A stretch of 53,228 bases of DNA, the filler included, from Sluysia triapertura (lineage: Eukaryota), in assembly GCA_046118255.1 (NCBI GenBank). It is 4 parts of 4 records of this genome, joined end to end, with 100 filler letters (N's around TTAATTAATTAA, not from the genome) between each part and the next. Parts side by side here need not be neighbours in the genome. Positions count along the whole stretch, not along the records: positions 13,467 to 29,681 come from JBJNIA010208367.1; 3 more parts are not named here. The stretch is one strand, 5' to 3'. Shown piece after piece: positions 13,467 to 25,887 of the stretch. Position 1 is the first letter of the stretch. Each line of letters starts with the position of its first letter. The position numbers and the translations under genes were made by a program. The notes beneath the pieces are model-generated. The model was not told the DNA's origin. It saw nothing but the letters and a program-made list of their open reading frames with translations, and made no database searches.

Positions 13467-15289
13467 GGTTCTGAACTCAGCGATGTATTATCTGTACACC
13501 GGCAGATTATCACGATACACATTATTAATTAGTGAATCGATGGATCATGGAGACCCTGTTTTCTTTCTTAATTATGTGTACTATACTAAAATAATTCATG
13601 TGAGTTTTAGTTTGAAATGTTCATTAAGTTTTATTTTAGTTTACAGAATCATTAAATGGATTTGTGAAGAGCAACAAAATGTGGCGTATCTTAGAAGTTC
13701 AGAAGAAGAACAACTAGATAAAAACGAAACTTTAAAATTGATTAGAACATTTTTAATAACCAAATATATATCACTTTATCTAGTTATGTTTAATTTTGAC
13801 ATTCACGATCTAAAAGGAACTTTAGTTTTATCTCTTAATGTATTAATGATTAAATGTATATTAAAATTAATAAAATTTAACCTTGTTGAAATTTTTGTTC
13901 ACTATGAAGCTAAACCTCTTCAATTTGTTTTCAAAACTTTAAAATCTATAATTTAGTAAAAGAATTTAAAATTAGGCTTAGGCAATTCTCAACTAACACA
14001 GAAAATAAATTCATAGACCTTAATAAAGATTTAAGTGATCCGTATGTTACTTTCAGCGTCAAAATTACTTACAGCGTACTAAGTTTACTTCTAAAACCTC
14101 GTCAACACGAATGTTACAGAAAGAATATTAAATTGATTACAAAACCCAAAATTATAACGTCGCTAAATCATAACATTATAAACACACTCAATCATCAAAA
14201 AATCTTTAAACTACCAAATTGGTTTAGGATGTACCACACCCTAAAGTTACCAAATGTAACATAAAATATTAGAGGCCATTTTATTCTAGGCATTAAAACT
14301 GTAATGAAATATGAAATGTGCATAAATTTTATATAAATATTGTGTAAAATTTGTAAATATTATTCGAAAATTTTGTAATTTATTTTATTATTAAATTCTT
14401 GTAAATTAAAATAAAAAATTAAATTTTTAAATAATTAAAACTTTTCGAAAAATAATCATTGTACATAATTCATACGAAATTATTATTTGCCAAATTATTC
14501 ACAAGAAATTATAATCAAATTATTCACACGAACATGAAATTATCATTGTAAATATTTATAAAATTATCGTTCGTTCATAAAAATTATTTGCGTATGGTTT
14601 TATAAATATTTATTGTTCGTTATTAGAAAATTATTTATTTGAATAAGCTTATGTATCATCAAAAAGTATAAAAACATCAAAATATAATAAGTAAAAACAC
14701 AACAGGGAATTATAAAACTATCAGTGAAGTTTATTGTAAAAAAAACTAATTTTGAGGATCGGCTCATTATCCATAATATTCGATATTTTTGGAATTCACA
14801 AAATTATTTATTTTGCACTTCAATCGTTCCATCTACGACGAGTGAACGAGCGATCCCAGATAAGTATAAATAAGTGTAAAAGCAAGACAACAAGTATTTA
14901 AAACAGTTTCAAAGTTATTATATTATTTTAATAACACTATGATTAGTGACAAAGAGAAAAATCCTTTGCTACTTTTAGCGCAGACCTTCACTGTCCATAA
15001 ACCACAAAGTATTCAATATAAATTTAAAATCAATCTTTTAAAATTACTATTTTAAAATTAATAAAATCATTATTATAAAATATAATGATATTTGAATCAA
15101 CCCCAAAATATTATAAATTGTCCATCTTAATCAATCATCTTTAAAATCATTCATTTTGCATCAATTCCTTGTACATTCACCAAATACTAGTTACTTAAAT
15201 AAAAATTACTTAAATTGCAATTATTATTGAGAATAATCTATCACTTAGTCTTATCTGTATTTCTTCGGTATTTTCTTTCTTTGTTAAGA

Positions 15290-15692
15290 AGAGTACAAAT
15301 AATACCATATTTTTCTTTAATTCAAGAAAAATTTTGCGAATATATTTTACATCCTGAACACTATCATGTTATTTTTCTCAATGAGGCCAATCAGTTAACC
15401 CATATAAATTATTTTTATTTATTTCTAAAACAATTAGATCATTATCGAGTCCATATCCTTTCCTTTCAGTAATAATCCTACATAAGTAATACGTGCTTGT
15501 TCATCTATTTGATTAATTAAATCCTGTTCAGTAAAATGTGTAATTCTTTTAATATAATCTGTTGCATAATTTCGAGGTGTAATTTTAGCAGCAAATATTT
15601 CTTTTCCTTCATAAATTAACATTGTTACACTTGCCAATCCTAACTTTTTATACTCTACTTGGACAAATTCAACGTCTAAAATATCAATCGCT
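15290..15692 (-). pseudogene. Decayed DEDDh 3'-5' exonuclease (REX4/REXO-like)
   Basis: Exo I region ILDVEFVQV...LASVTML.YEG.EIF...ITPRNYATDYIKRITHFTEQDL. Exo II GYGLDNDLIVL follows a frameshift. Exo III is HDSVQDVKYI. Confidence 0.75.
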
Positions 15693-16079
15693 TTTTAATA
15701 TTTTCAAGATCTAATAAAAATTCATGATTAGTGCCTACTTGTATTTTTCTATCTTCAGGTATTGCAGTCTTAATATAAGGAATATAAAAATAATTAAATT
15801 GTCTTGTAAAGTTCTACACAGATAATAGATTGTTTATTGGAGAAAGTTAAGGATAATGATTTATAGCAAAATTTAAGATTCAAAGTTTGATGTTGACTTA
15901 AAATATAATTTCTTTCCGCTGTTTTAACCTGTTTCATTTTTAATTTAATAAATTTGAATTTCCGTAGCATATGATAAATTGTTTTTGTGCTACTTCATAC
16001 GAACAATTCGGATAATCATTAATTAAAATTAATGTCCGATTTCTACTATTAAATTTTAATAAATTAGGTATTTTGATTA

Positions 16080-16380
16080 TGTTATCAAACTCGATATTTC
16101 CAGAATACTTCAAGGTTGCTTAAGTCTTTAATGATCAAAAGGTTCTAAAGTTCAAAGGTACCTTAATGCTTCTAAAAGTTTTTCAAGTCCATCTCAAGCT
16201 TCCATAATGTCTCAAGCCATTATATGGATCTTTGTAACTCCAAGGTATTCTTTAACTGTTAACATTATTATAGATATTTTTATTTTTATGATTCTTATTT
16301 CAATCTATCACTTTGTATTAGTTTTTTCTTTCTACATGTTTCTCACTCATCTTCTGATCTACAGTTTAGCAATCTCAACA
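16080..16380 (-). mobile_element. LTR-like repeat, family A copy 1
   Basis: Begins TGTTGAGATTG on the minus strand. Clearly similar to 29782-30129 (shared AAGGTTCTAAAGTT..AAAGGTACC..AATGCTTCTAAA...CATCTCAAGCTTCCATAA) and more weakly to about 25030-25308. Confidence 0.6.
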
Positions 16381-16592
16381 TGACAGATCAAATGGCCACT
16401 TTTCGTTTTTTACTTTAAAAAATACTATGAAACTGTATTGTTTTCTACCATTTTATAATGATTTTTAATTTTATATATAGGTACCGGTCAAATGACCAGA
16501 ATGCTATAAATAGGTATACGTTTAATGTAAATAATAATTTTTTATTAGAGAAATAATTCAAATAAAAATGGGTCTGTACAGGAACTATCATA

Positions 16593-16760
16593 GGTGTTAT
16601 AAGTCGCGACTTGAAACCGGAAAATATCCTGCCGGATTATAACAATAGTATTAAAATGACAGATTTTGGTTTAGCTATTAGAGTAGATAATGAACAAGAT
16701 TTAAGAGGAATTTGTGAATCGTCCGGTTACTCAGCCCCAGAGACCTTATCTGTTGGTTAT
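16593..16760 (+). pseudogene. Ser/Thr kinase fragment (phosphorylase kinase gamma/CAMK-like), probably dead
   Basis: VISRDLKPENILPDYNNSIKMTDFGLAIRVDNEQDLRGICESSGYSAPETL covers subdomains VIb-VIII, with HRD changed to SRD and CGTPGY to CESSGY. No flanking kinase exons seen. Confidence 0.65.
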
Positions 16761-17494
16761 TATAATTATTTTCGTTATGATTCTACAGAACTTGAGTTCA
16801 CAGAGATGCATGATCACGTTAAAGACTTTAATACTCATTGCGAATACGTTCTTTTTAGTGTTAATATCGAATACAATCTTGTCATTTGTTATTATTTCTT
16901 AAGTAATTTTAAATTTTCAATTTGTAATATGAAATTCAATAATAGTAATAATTTCTTCAATGATTTTAAATTACATAATCGTTATAACTATAAGGACCTT
17001 AAGTCCATTTTTTTTAATATTAAATTTATAATTTTTAATTTAAAAGTTAATAATAATGTATACAGGGTCGAGTAGAGTAGAAGAAAATGATAGTTGATCA
17101 TTAATTAAATTATATAATCAAATACATGCAAATATAAACAGTTTGGTAGTAAACTTTCGTTTTTTCCACTGTAGTAATTAAATTATATTCAACCGAATTA
17201 TTATTTAACAAAGTATAGATTCTCACTTTTAACTATAACATACATTAAATTCTTATAGGGCTTCGTGAGAGCTTACATAAAACGTATTCCGTAGGCGGAA
17301 CCATATTGCTATACACATTTTGCTAAAAGGAAAAGAAACCTAGCAAGGATAATCGTAATAATCACTTGGTAGTTAGTCTTGCCACAAAGTGATATACTAA
17401 TTAGCTTGTAATTTTAATTGATTTAATTTTATGATGAAAAATAAAAAAAATTATTATTCATTCACAATAGTATTTAAAATAGATACAATTTCAA

Positions 17495-20400
17495 TTACTT
17501 CAGCTTATTCGCCTCTGGTACTTTGAATGGTCCGTCATGATGTTCATAAAGTTCTATATATCGATTAAATGTTTCAAGTACTGCATCTCTCATTATATTA
17601 TTCTTCAGTGTGTAATAAAGAATTGAACCAACATGACCATAATTTTCTATAAATTTCACTGAACATTTAGTGGACCAAATTTCACTGATATGTGACATAC
17701 AATGTATGGGAAAATATTCGTCATACTTAGCTAAAACGAACGTAGTTAATCTAGGATCTTCAGGGTTTGGATAATTGTTCAAATCTGTAAATTCATGTAG
17801 AAGAGAAAAAAATTCATATGTGTCTTTATCTATTGTATCTGTTTTTTTATTAAATCTCAACAAATTTCTAATTAACATGCTAAATACAAATGTTATAAAT
17901 GAATATAATAATAATAATAATAATAACATAAATTATTCAATGTAAAATAAATGTTCAAAGTATATAAAAAAATTATTACAGAATTAGAGTGTTCCTGTTT
18001 TTAAAAAGAAATAATTTAATAGATTATTTACCACATAAGTCAAGATTTTTCAACCTTTCCACTACATCTTTTTAACCATCAGAAGTTACCCATGGCTCCA
18101 ACATAAATAAGAAATAACAGTGCGAGAAAGAAAATAAAGTTAAAAGAAACAATGTACGTCTTAATCTCCATAACTCAGAACAGCTTAAAGTACGAAATTA
18201 ATAAATATAACATTAAAAAAGAATATAGAATAGAAATGTGGAATTGGAGTCATAATGTTTAATTAGCAAATAAAATCTACGGATTAAACGGAAAGACCGT
18301 AAGAACAAAAAACAATATTTTTGTAAAACAGAAGTGTAAAATTACTATCGAACACAAAAAATAATCACAAAGCATCAAATGAATACGCAAGAAAATAATA
18401 TTCAATAAATGACCATAATGGAGCATCTGTGGAAAGTATAACGCGGTTTGTGATTCGGCTATTACAATTACAACTGATTTTAGACAATTATATTTGATTA
18501 ACCTTAAAGTAAGTAAAATACCTAAATTGTTAATCTATAAAATTTATCAAACATATCAAATTATGTGTTTGTGTTTAATTTATTTTGAGTACATTAAATT
18601 GATTGAATTTTTTAAATAAAAAATACAGCGATTGCATTTCTACCATCAGAAGCGAGTTCGGAACTAACTTTCGCACTGAAATGATTAATCCATTGAGGAT
18701 AGTGTACAGTGAAAAATATATATATTCCTGCGTGTTTTTTGTAAATATTTAATAAAAAAGTACATTTATTAAAGTTTAATAAAATTCCAAATACGGCAAT
18801 TTCTGTCTTGATTCCTCAATGTGTTAGTCTGAAGTACATAACATTTGAAATAATTGAAGCAATAAAATCTAACTATAAAATATTTTTAAAAAAATACAAA
18901 TTTTTTGTTACAATGAAATAAAAATGAACACATTTGTTTTTAAATATCCAACAATAATATTCTAAATCTGAAAAGTTTTGTACTTAAAATTGAAAATTAC
19001 CTTATAAAATGAATACCAAAAGTTTTTTTAGTCCAAGGTTCAGGAAGTATTTGAGAATTAGTTTGTGCTGTAGAATTACTTTCAACTTCAATCTCTATAA
19101 TGAAGTAAATAAATTCATTAAATAAATAAACTATAATATAATATAATATCCATAATGTAAGTGTAAATATCAATTAAAGAAAATATCAAATATTCGAAAA
19201 TTTATTAATAAAGAAAAAGTTAAACTAATTGTTCATTAATTGATAACTAATAACATAGATTTTAACAATGGTATATTTCATTGGCAAAAGTGACAAAATT
19301 AGAATTAATAATTAATCAAGCAGCATGACTAATTTTCCAAGTGGAAAGATCTCATGTAATACCTTATCTTAAGGAATTACATTGGTTGTCAATAAAAGCA
19401 GGAGTAGAATTCCAAATCATGACAATAATTTACAAATGCTTACATTACAGATGTCCTGAACCTCTTAAAAATAAAAAAATTGGAAATCAAGATATTTCAT
19501 TGAGACATAGTAATCTGTACAGAATACACAGTGATAATAAGCTAGGTGATAGTTATATATGGTTTATGTTTTAAAAATATACAACCAGCTACCATAGAAT
19601 ATCAAATTAATGGATTATGAAATATTTAAGAAAGAGGCCAAGTTATTTCTGTTTCAGAAATATTATAGTGAATGATTTGTTTTAAGCGCTTTTGAGTAGA
19701 CAAAAACGCAATATAAATTAATATTATTATTGGGCAGTTAAAATAATATGGCATGTTATTGATTTTTACAATAAATCATTGCATTATTAATAAATAATGC
19801 AACAATGAAAATTTTTGTATTTTTATCTACTTTTTATCATGGTACAAAAACTGATAATTTATTTATAACTTTTGTTTATGGTCACTTTGGTTGTGCAAAA
19901 CGATTTTGAAAGTTTCTAACAAAAGTATAACTGTTCACAAGACGAGTCAATTGCAATTTATTTATTGGTGAGAATTGATCGGCTGAATTTGAGCATTTAC
20001 TATTTATTCTCATTTATTGCGCAAAATGAAAAGGAAACAAAAAATTGTGGCTTGAATTATATTTAAAACTTCAAGTACTAGATTACTGAATTTAAGACTC
20101 ACTACCAGTAATAACATTTCTCAGCAACTGTTGGATTATGAATGTAAAACTTGAATTAAGTAAGTTTTTAGAGAGATATTTAAAGATATACCTTGTAATT
20201 CATTATCGGCTGGATGACAAAAGATACTGTTGTTTAATATTAAATTCAATAACATCTAAGACAATAAGAAACTTATATTGTGGGTCAATGTAATACAGCA
20301 ACTGATTTTTAGTTTTTACTAGGTTAAATTTACTGTATATTCTATGTCGGATAAAATTCATTTTTAAGCTTTATTCGTAGAGAGTATGTAATTTTAATAT

Positions 20401-22377
20401 TGTAACAGCAAGTCACACAATATAATTAATAATGATTGGAAGTCCAATAAAAACAACTAATGATAATGTAAAAAATAGTACTGATTGGACGTCCAATCGA
20501 ACTAAAAAAATAGGTGTTGCATTAAGTAATTAGCCTCTTGTGCCTGCAATTGGTGCGAAGGCAAAATGCACCAACGTACTAAGCAACTGTCATCAGTCGA
20601 CAGTTAACAAGACGGACTGAATTGATTTTAATTACACTGTCGACTGATGACAGGCCATATAATGAAAAATGACAATTAGGTGCCAATGATAATAATGATA
20701 GTAACAAATGATAATAATAATTATATAATAATAAAAATGACTAAAATAATAAAAATGGAGATAAAAATAATAATAATTTTGGTAGTAATAATAAATGAAT
20801 TAATAATAAAATTTCCGCATAAACTTTAATCTTTTCTTTACATGATCTTTTAATTCTTTAAAATAAAAATTTCATAAATGAAATTCTTTTAAACATAAAT
20901 TTCTTGAATTAAAATTCTTTTCTTTGGAAAATTAATAAAATAAACTTAAATAAAATTCTATTTTTATTAGAATGTTTAAAAATGATTTTAAAATATGAAT
21001 TTAATGTTTTTCAATGATGTTAAAGAATTCCATTTTGATTTTAAAGTGATTTTGGAATGTGATTTTCATGTTTTTCGATGATATTAAAGATGAAAAAATT
21101 TGTTATCGATGCGATGATAAGCAAATCATAAATCTGCAATCAATGATACTTCGATATATTGCTGTTCCTAATGTAGTTTTCAAGTTTAATTTATTTAAAA
21201 GCGCTCACATCATAAGAGCAACTTCTGGAATAAAACTAAGTTTGAGATCTTATCCAAATGTCAGTTTGATAAAGAGAAAGTTTTCAAAGACGACTTTATT
21301 GCTCATCGAATGCAATACAATATTCAGACAGTCGGAGAAAATTGGTTATATTAGCAGAAAACTATAAGTAGACAAAATTTTCAAAATGTAACAAAATTAT
21401 TGGACATTCGGAGACGATAATTGATTAATTTACCTTATATGATCTGGTTTATAAAATTCGTGACATTTAACGTCGCGTTCAGTGTTTATCTATTGGGCAA
21501 AGAAACATGAATCAATGATTGATTATTGTGATGTGTATGATCATTTCAACAAAAAGCGTCATTTAACGCATATTTTAAGATCAATTATGGAAGATGTAAG
21601 ATTAATCATTGAAATTGAATTAAAATATAGGCAATTTTGCTATTTAAGTATTGGGATTGAAATAAACCCTAACTTTAAGCTTAAGTTCTTTAGAATAAAG
21701 ATGAAATGTGGAATAAATATTATAACTATCAAAAGGATAAGGCTCTTGCATTGTATCGTAAGCTATTCAGCAATGAACCAAAAACGGTTTGCTTTCAAAT
21801 TAAACTACTAATCATACGTGTTCAAAGTACAAATTATATTAAATGAAATGTTAAAATTTCTCGACGTTAATGGCAATAATTTAACAGGGTTTTCTAACTA
21901 CCTTTTCGTTAAAGTAATCTTACATTCTAATGTGATAAATCTAGATGATAACTACATCTCATACACGTAAACTCTATTACAAAATTCAATTTATCAGCTT
22001 TGTATCATATTGATGATAAATGTTTTATTGATCCACGAACTTTTTCTAAACGCATATGCAAATTTTCGCTACATAAATTATATTAATTCAATGAGTTCGG
22101 AAAAATCCTAATGTTCTTTTTGGAAATCTCGATGTATATGTAAAATAAACTCTGAAATTTGTCTTTGTGAGAAATTTTAAGTATAATCTAGTAAAATTAT
22201 CTCAAAATACCATTTTTCAAATGTCAAATTTTACATACACTCGATATATAACAAAATTCCAAGATAACCTTTGCTTTTATAACATTTTAAATTAGATTGA
22301 ATTTCGTATTTGAAAACATCATTACTGTGATATTGCTCAGCCAAAACATTCCAGCTTATTGTATTTTTTAAGGCACC
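17495..22377 (-). CDS. ABHD18: ABHD18 (C4orf29) alpha/beta hydrolase, 3' part (exons 22377-22269, 19094-19001, 17867-17495)
   Basis: Phase-consistent GT/AG splicing gives GALKNTISWNVLAEQY...; IEVESNS...FGIHFIR; NLLRF...LHEFTDLNNYPNPEDPRLTTFVLAKYDEYFP...EIWSTKCSVKFIENYGHVGSILY. These match ABHD18 motifs (GVLSKSINW; DPSL..VQAKEDAYIP; EIWPGCEIRYL.GGHISAYL). Confidence 0.85.
19180..19730 (+). mobile_element. 3' end of an L2/CR1-clade LINE inside an ABHD18 intron
   Basis: HVIPYLKELHWLSIKAGVEFQIMTIIYKCLHYRCPEPL resembles the L2 ORF2 C-terminus (HITPVLxxLHWLPV..RIxFK). The L2-type tail AAGCGCTTTTGAG...AAAACGCAATATAAAT is followed by (TAT)n. Confidence 0.85.
20430..22260. repeat. Unclassified dispersed repeat (palindromes, hairpin, AAT-rich tract, decayed ORF region)
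   Basis: Palindrome GATTGGACGTCCAATC, 18-bp inverted repeat 20587-20653, AAT-rich tract, then ACATGATCTT; same layout as 23900-24810 and 42650-43590. Confidence 0.45.
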
Positions 22378-23899
22378 CTAAATTATATAAAAATTGTATT
22401 AACAAAAATTTACAAGTTCATCAGAAAAAATTAACTTAGATTATGTGTTGGCTTTTAAAGCAAAACATAGTTGCATCATAAAAAATACTTGCAATATTCA
22501 CTGAAGTGGTAGAAAAATGTTAGGACTCTCAAACAAGGAAAAACTCTAAACAAGCCATAATTCCAAGCATCCTTTCATTCACATGCACATATTAAGATCT
22601 CTCTTGTTTTATAGTCCTTATATCTTTTATCGATACGTAGGTGTTTGTATGTTATTAAAAATAGGTGAATGCCGTATTACCATTGTTCTCAAATAATTGT
22701 AAGTGAGTGCACATCTTAATGAAAATGAAAAGGTCCTTGTTTACTGATTAAAGTGTAATTTTGTGTATTATGTTGTATTACGTTGAGTATGACGTTATAA
22801 TGCGGGAAGTTCGTTATAGTGTGTTAATATGTATTGTTATATTTTATGTATATTTTTGAAAATTAGAAGAAATTTAAGTTTCGCAATCACATTTCGATCA
22901 TAAGTATTTACCAAGACAAAATTGGTATCATAATTATTAATAATGAGTGTGATGAGCCAATGCCCCAAAAGTTACTAAAACCGATAAATTTATTTTTAAT
23001 AATTGTAAATCTATGTTTAATGTTATTAATAATTATAATGGATACTAAATGATGTTCCTTTATTATTATTTTATTTTTTGTAATGTTTTATTATAATTCT
23101 TATTTTATGATAATCATTAATTTTTATTTTATTATTTAGTCTGACCTTAGAATCCTTTCAAAAACAGTTTTTTAAGTACAATTTGCGTTAACATTGAAAC
23201 TGATCATAATAAATTATCGAATGTCCATGTGTCATTTAGATGTGAAAATGCAAGATATCAATTCATTTGAAATTTGTAATACTTTAAATTTAAGTGATAA
23301 TTTTAAAATCGAAAGAATATTTTAATGCCAACAAAGTCAAATTTGATGCTAGTGATGAATTGGTAAACTAATCAAACTAAATAATTAAACTAATTCAAAC
23401 ATAGATATAACAATTTATATAACCATTGTATAACTATTTTACAATCATTTGCTCCCTTTAGTTTATTTTGTGACCAATTTCTTTAGCATGATATGACTTT
23501 CGTATTATATCATTTTGTATTTCAAAGAACAAACGACTTTTTCGTGACTTTTACAAACCATAATAAATTCTATCAACTGAGGTGGATAAAATCGTGCAGT
23601 TAAACTTCTTATACTAATATTTTGTAATTTCACTAATCTAACATATTTGAATGACATATATTGGAAAACTAAATGTTTTTTCTGTATCTATTGTTAGAAT
23701 GCAATAATAATAATAATATTGTAAACCACCCGATTCACTAATAATTATAATACTATAAATGGATAATATAAGCATCAAAAATTGTTCTCAAATATATTTT
23801 ACTTTATACAATTACTAGAATAACTTATGATTGGGCTAAAATAAAAATTTTTAATTTACTGTATTTTTGTCTAAATCAATAATTGTGTGTGTAAATATT

Positions 23900-24810
23900 T
23901 TGAGGCTAACATAATTGGATTTGATTCGATAGCCAATCATTGTTACAGTTGGAATTAACAAGCAACAAATTGGAATTAGTAAAAGAAACAAATTTGATTA
24001 TTAAGAACTGTCGTATGGTAATGAAAATTGTCGAAATTAAATTCATTACTGTCTAAACTGACAGTTAGCATGATTAAATAGTCTCCTGGTAACAATGATA
24101 ATGAAAATGATAAAAATTAATGTACATAATAATAATAATAATAAGGACAGTTGCATAATCTTTTCTTAATGTTTTATTTTAACATGATCTTTTCTTTTTG
24201 TTATATTAAAGTTTTCTATATACATATTTCTGTACATAAAAATAAATGAATTTAAGTAAAGTGAAATTTGTTGACTTAAAATGCCAAAAAACGATTCAAA
24301 GATGTAAATACTTGAGTGTGAGCAAATTGAGTACTTGGAATGTTTAAGATATATGTTTGCTAATTAAAGGTGTAAATTGTGATTCTAATGTTATGAGATA
24401 ATTAATAAAAATGTTTTAAATGAATTTTTTAAATGAACATTTATGGTTTTGAATGAAAGTAAAGTTTGGATGTTGAAAGATTGAATTTAAAATGTCTTGA
24501 GGTATAAAAATGGTTTTCGTGGATCCGAAAGAAATAAAATATGAAAAAGGTTTTGATGGAAAAATAGGTAAAATGTTATGGAATGTGGTTTTATGTGCGA
24601 TATGTTAAATTAAATTTGAAATGTTTTGAATTAATTTTTTAAGTATATCTTTGATGATTTTGGATGTTGAATATGACTTTGATGTTATGAAATCCTAAAT
24701 TCAGAATGTTTGAAAGTATTAACAATTATGAAATATTCTGAAGAGTGATTTGTTATATGTTGTTGAAATAAAATTTTTAAAATAATGGGTTGCCCACAAC
24801 AACATCATTT
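23900..24810. repeat. Unclassified dispersed repeat, homologous to 42650-43590
   Basis: Shared blocks such as GGATC..AAGAAATAAAATATGAAAAAGGTTTTGAT, GAAGAGTGATTT.GTTAT and GGGTTG. Preceded by a hairpin at 24006-24066 and an AAT tract. Confidence 0.8.
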
Positions 24811-25029
24811 CTTGAGAAGTGAACCGCCATTAATAACTTTGACAGTAACGTGTTACGGTCTGTCAAACTTTATTAGGTATAGAACACAAAAAATTGATTT
24901 ATAATCATTATTCTCCTTTACTCTACTCAATCAACCTTTATTTAAATTACTTTCACATTAAAACAACGATCACGAATATTGCTAACATGCATTAAAATAA
25001 TGAATTTAATTTATTTTTAGAATTCAGTT

Positions 25030-25308
25030 GATTTTTCGCACCAAATTTTCTTTAAATTTGGAGTATAAGTTTATAAGTTTAAGGTTTCAAAGATCCTTAA
25101 GGTCTGAAGGTTCAGAAATTCAATGTCAACAGTTCTCTTTAACCCTCTCAAGCTTTCCCAAAGTGACTAGATATTTTTATTTTCATTACCTTACTACAAA
25201 AATGTTTCCTCATACATACTCCTCATTTCATACAAAGTCTTCCTGTATTTTTTTCAATTACACTTCTTCCATACTCATTTCTTGTTCCACAGTTAAGCAA
25301 TCCCAAGA
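25030..25308 (-). mobile_element. Diverged LTR-like repeat, family A copy 3
   Basis: End CAGTTAAGCAATCCCAAGA matches CAGTTTAGCAATCTCAACA (16380) and CAGTTGGGCAATCCCAACA (30129); internal AAGGTT repeats and TCTCAAGCTT are shared. Confidence 0.45.
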
Positions 25309-25887
25309 TGTCTATCTTGGTTAAGCCAAGGCTCAGTTCCACTTAAAATATATTTTCATTAATGGCAATTTAACAGCATCATAAAATGTTTAAGTAAATC
25401 ATTTTTTAAAGTAAATGTACATATTTATTTTGTTATTTCGAATTTTAACTTTGCCATGCATTATTTAGATAAATAAAAAATATTTGAATTTATCTTTGAA
25501 TAACTTGCAATATAGTGAAACTTTATAAAATAAGTACATAAAATGTATTATTACGTATAAATTTTGTTAGAATGTAATTAGTCTAGTTATTTTTTTCAAG
25601 TAACTATTTTACATTATAAATCGTGAATTGTAAGTTAAATTGAAGATAAGACAAAATGAACTCAGATGTATAAACAACAAGGTTCAATATATCACAAGTT
25701 TATAAGCTTATATTACATCACATACTTTTTACCGATATTGTTTTATTTTGATTTACGCAATAAAATAGTATTTAAAACCATTATCAATTTAAAAATATTG
25801 AGAAAATCATTTCACTAAAATATTTATATTATAAGCTAATTAAGTTTTTTTAATTTATTGCAAAGTATATATTTTTATTTTCCTTTA

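Noticed and set aside
17285-17303. TTCCGTAGGCGGAACC resembling the 18S rRNA 3' end
   Set aside because: Similarity is limited to about 10 nt, with no flanking rRNA sequence.
20641-20670. CTGATGA...GAAA as a hammerhead core
   Set aside because: CTGATGA is part of the long inverted repeat, and stems I-III cannot be formed.
22912-22974. Candidate ABHD18 exon ending MIPILSW (compare LIPCLSW)
   Set aside because: The rest of the peptide does not resemble ABHD18, and no phase-compatible linking exon to 22377 was found.
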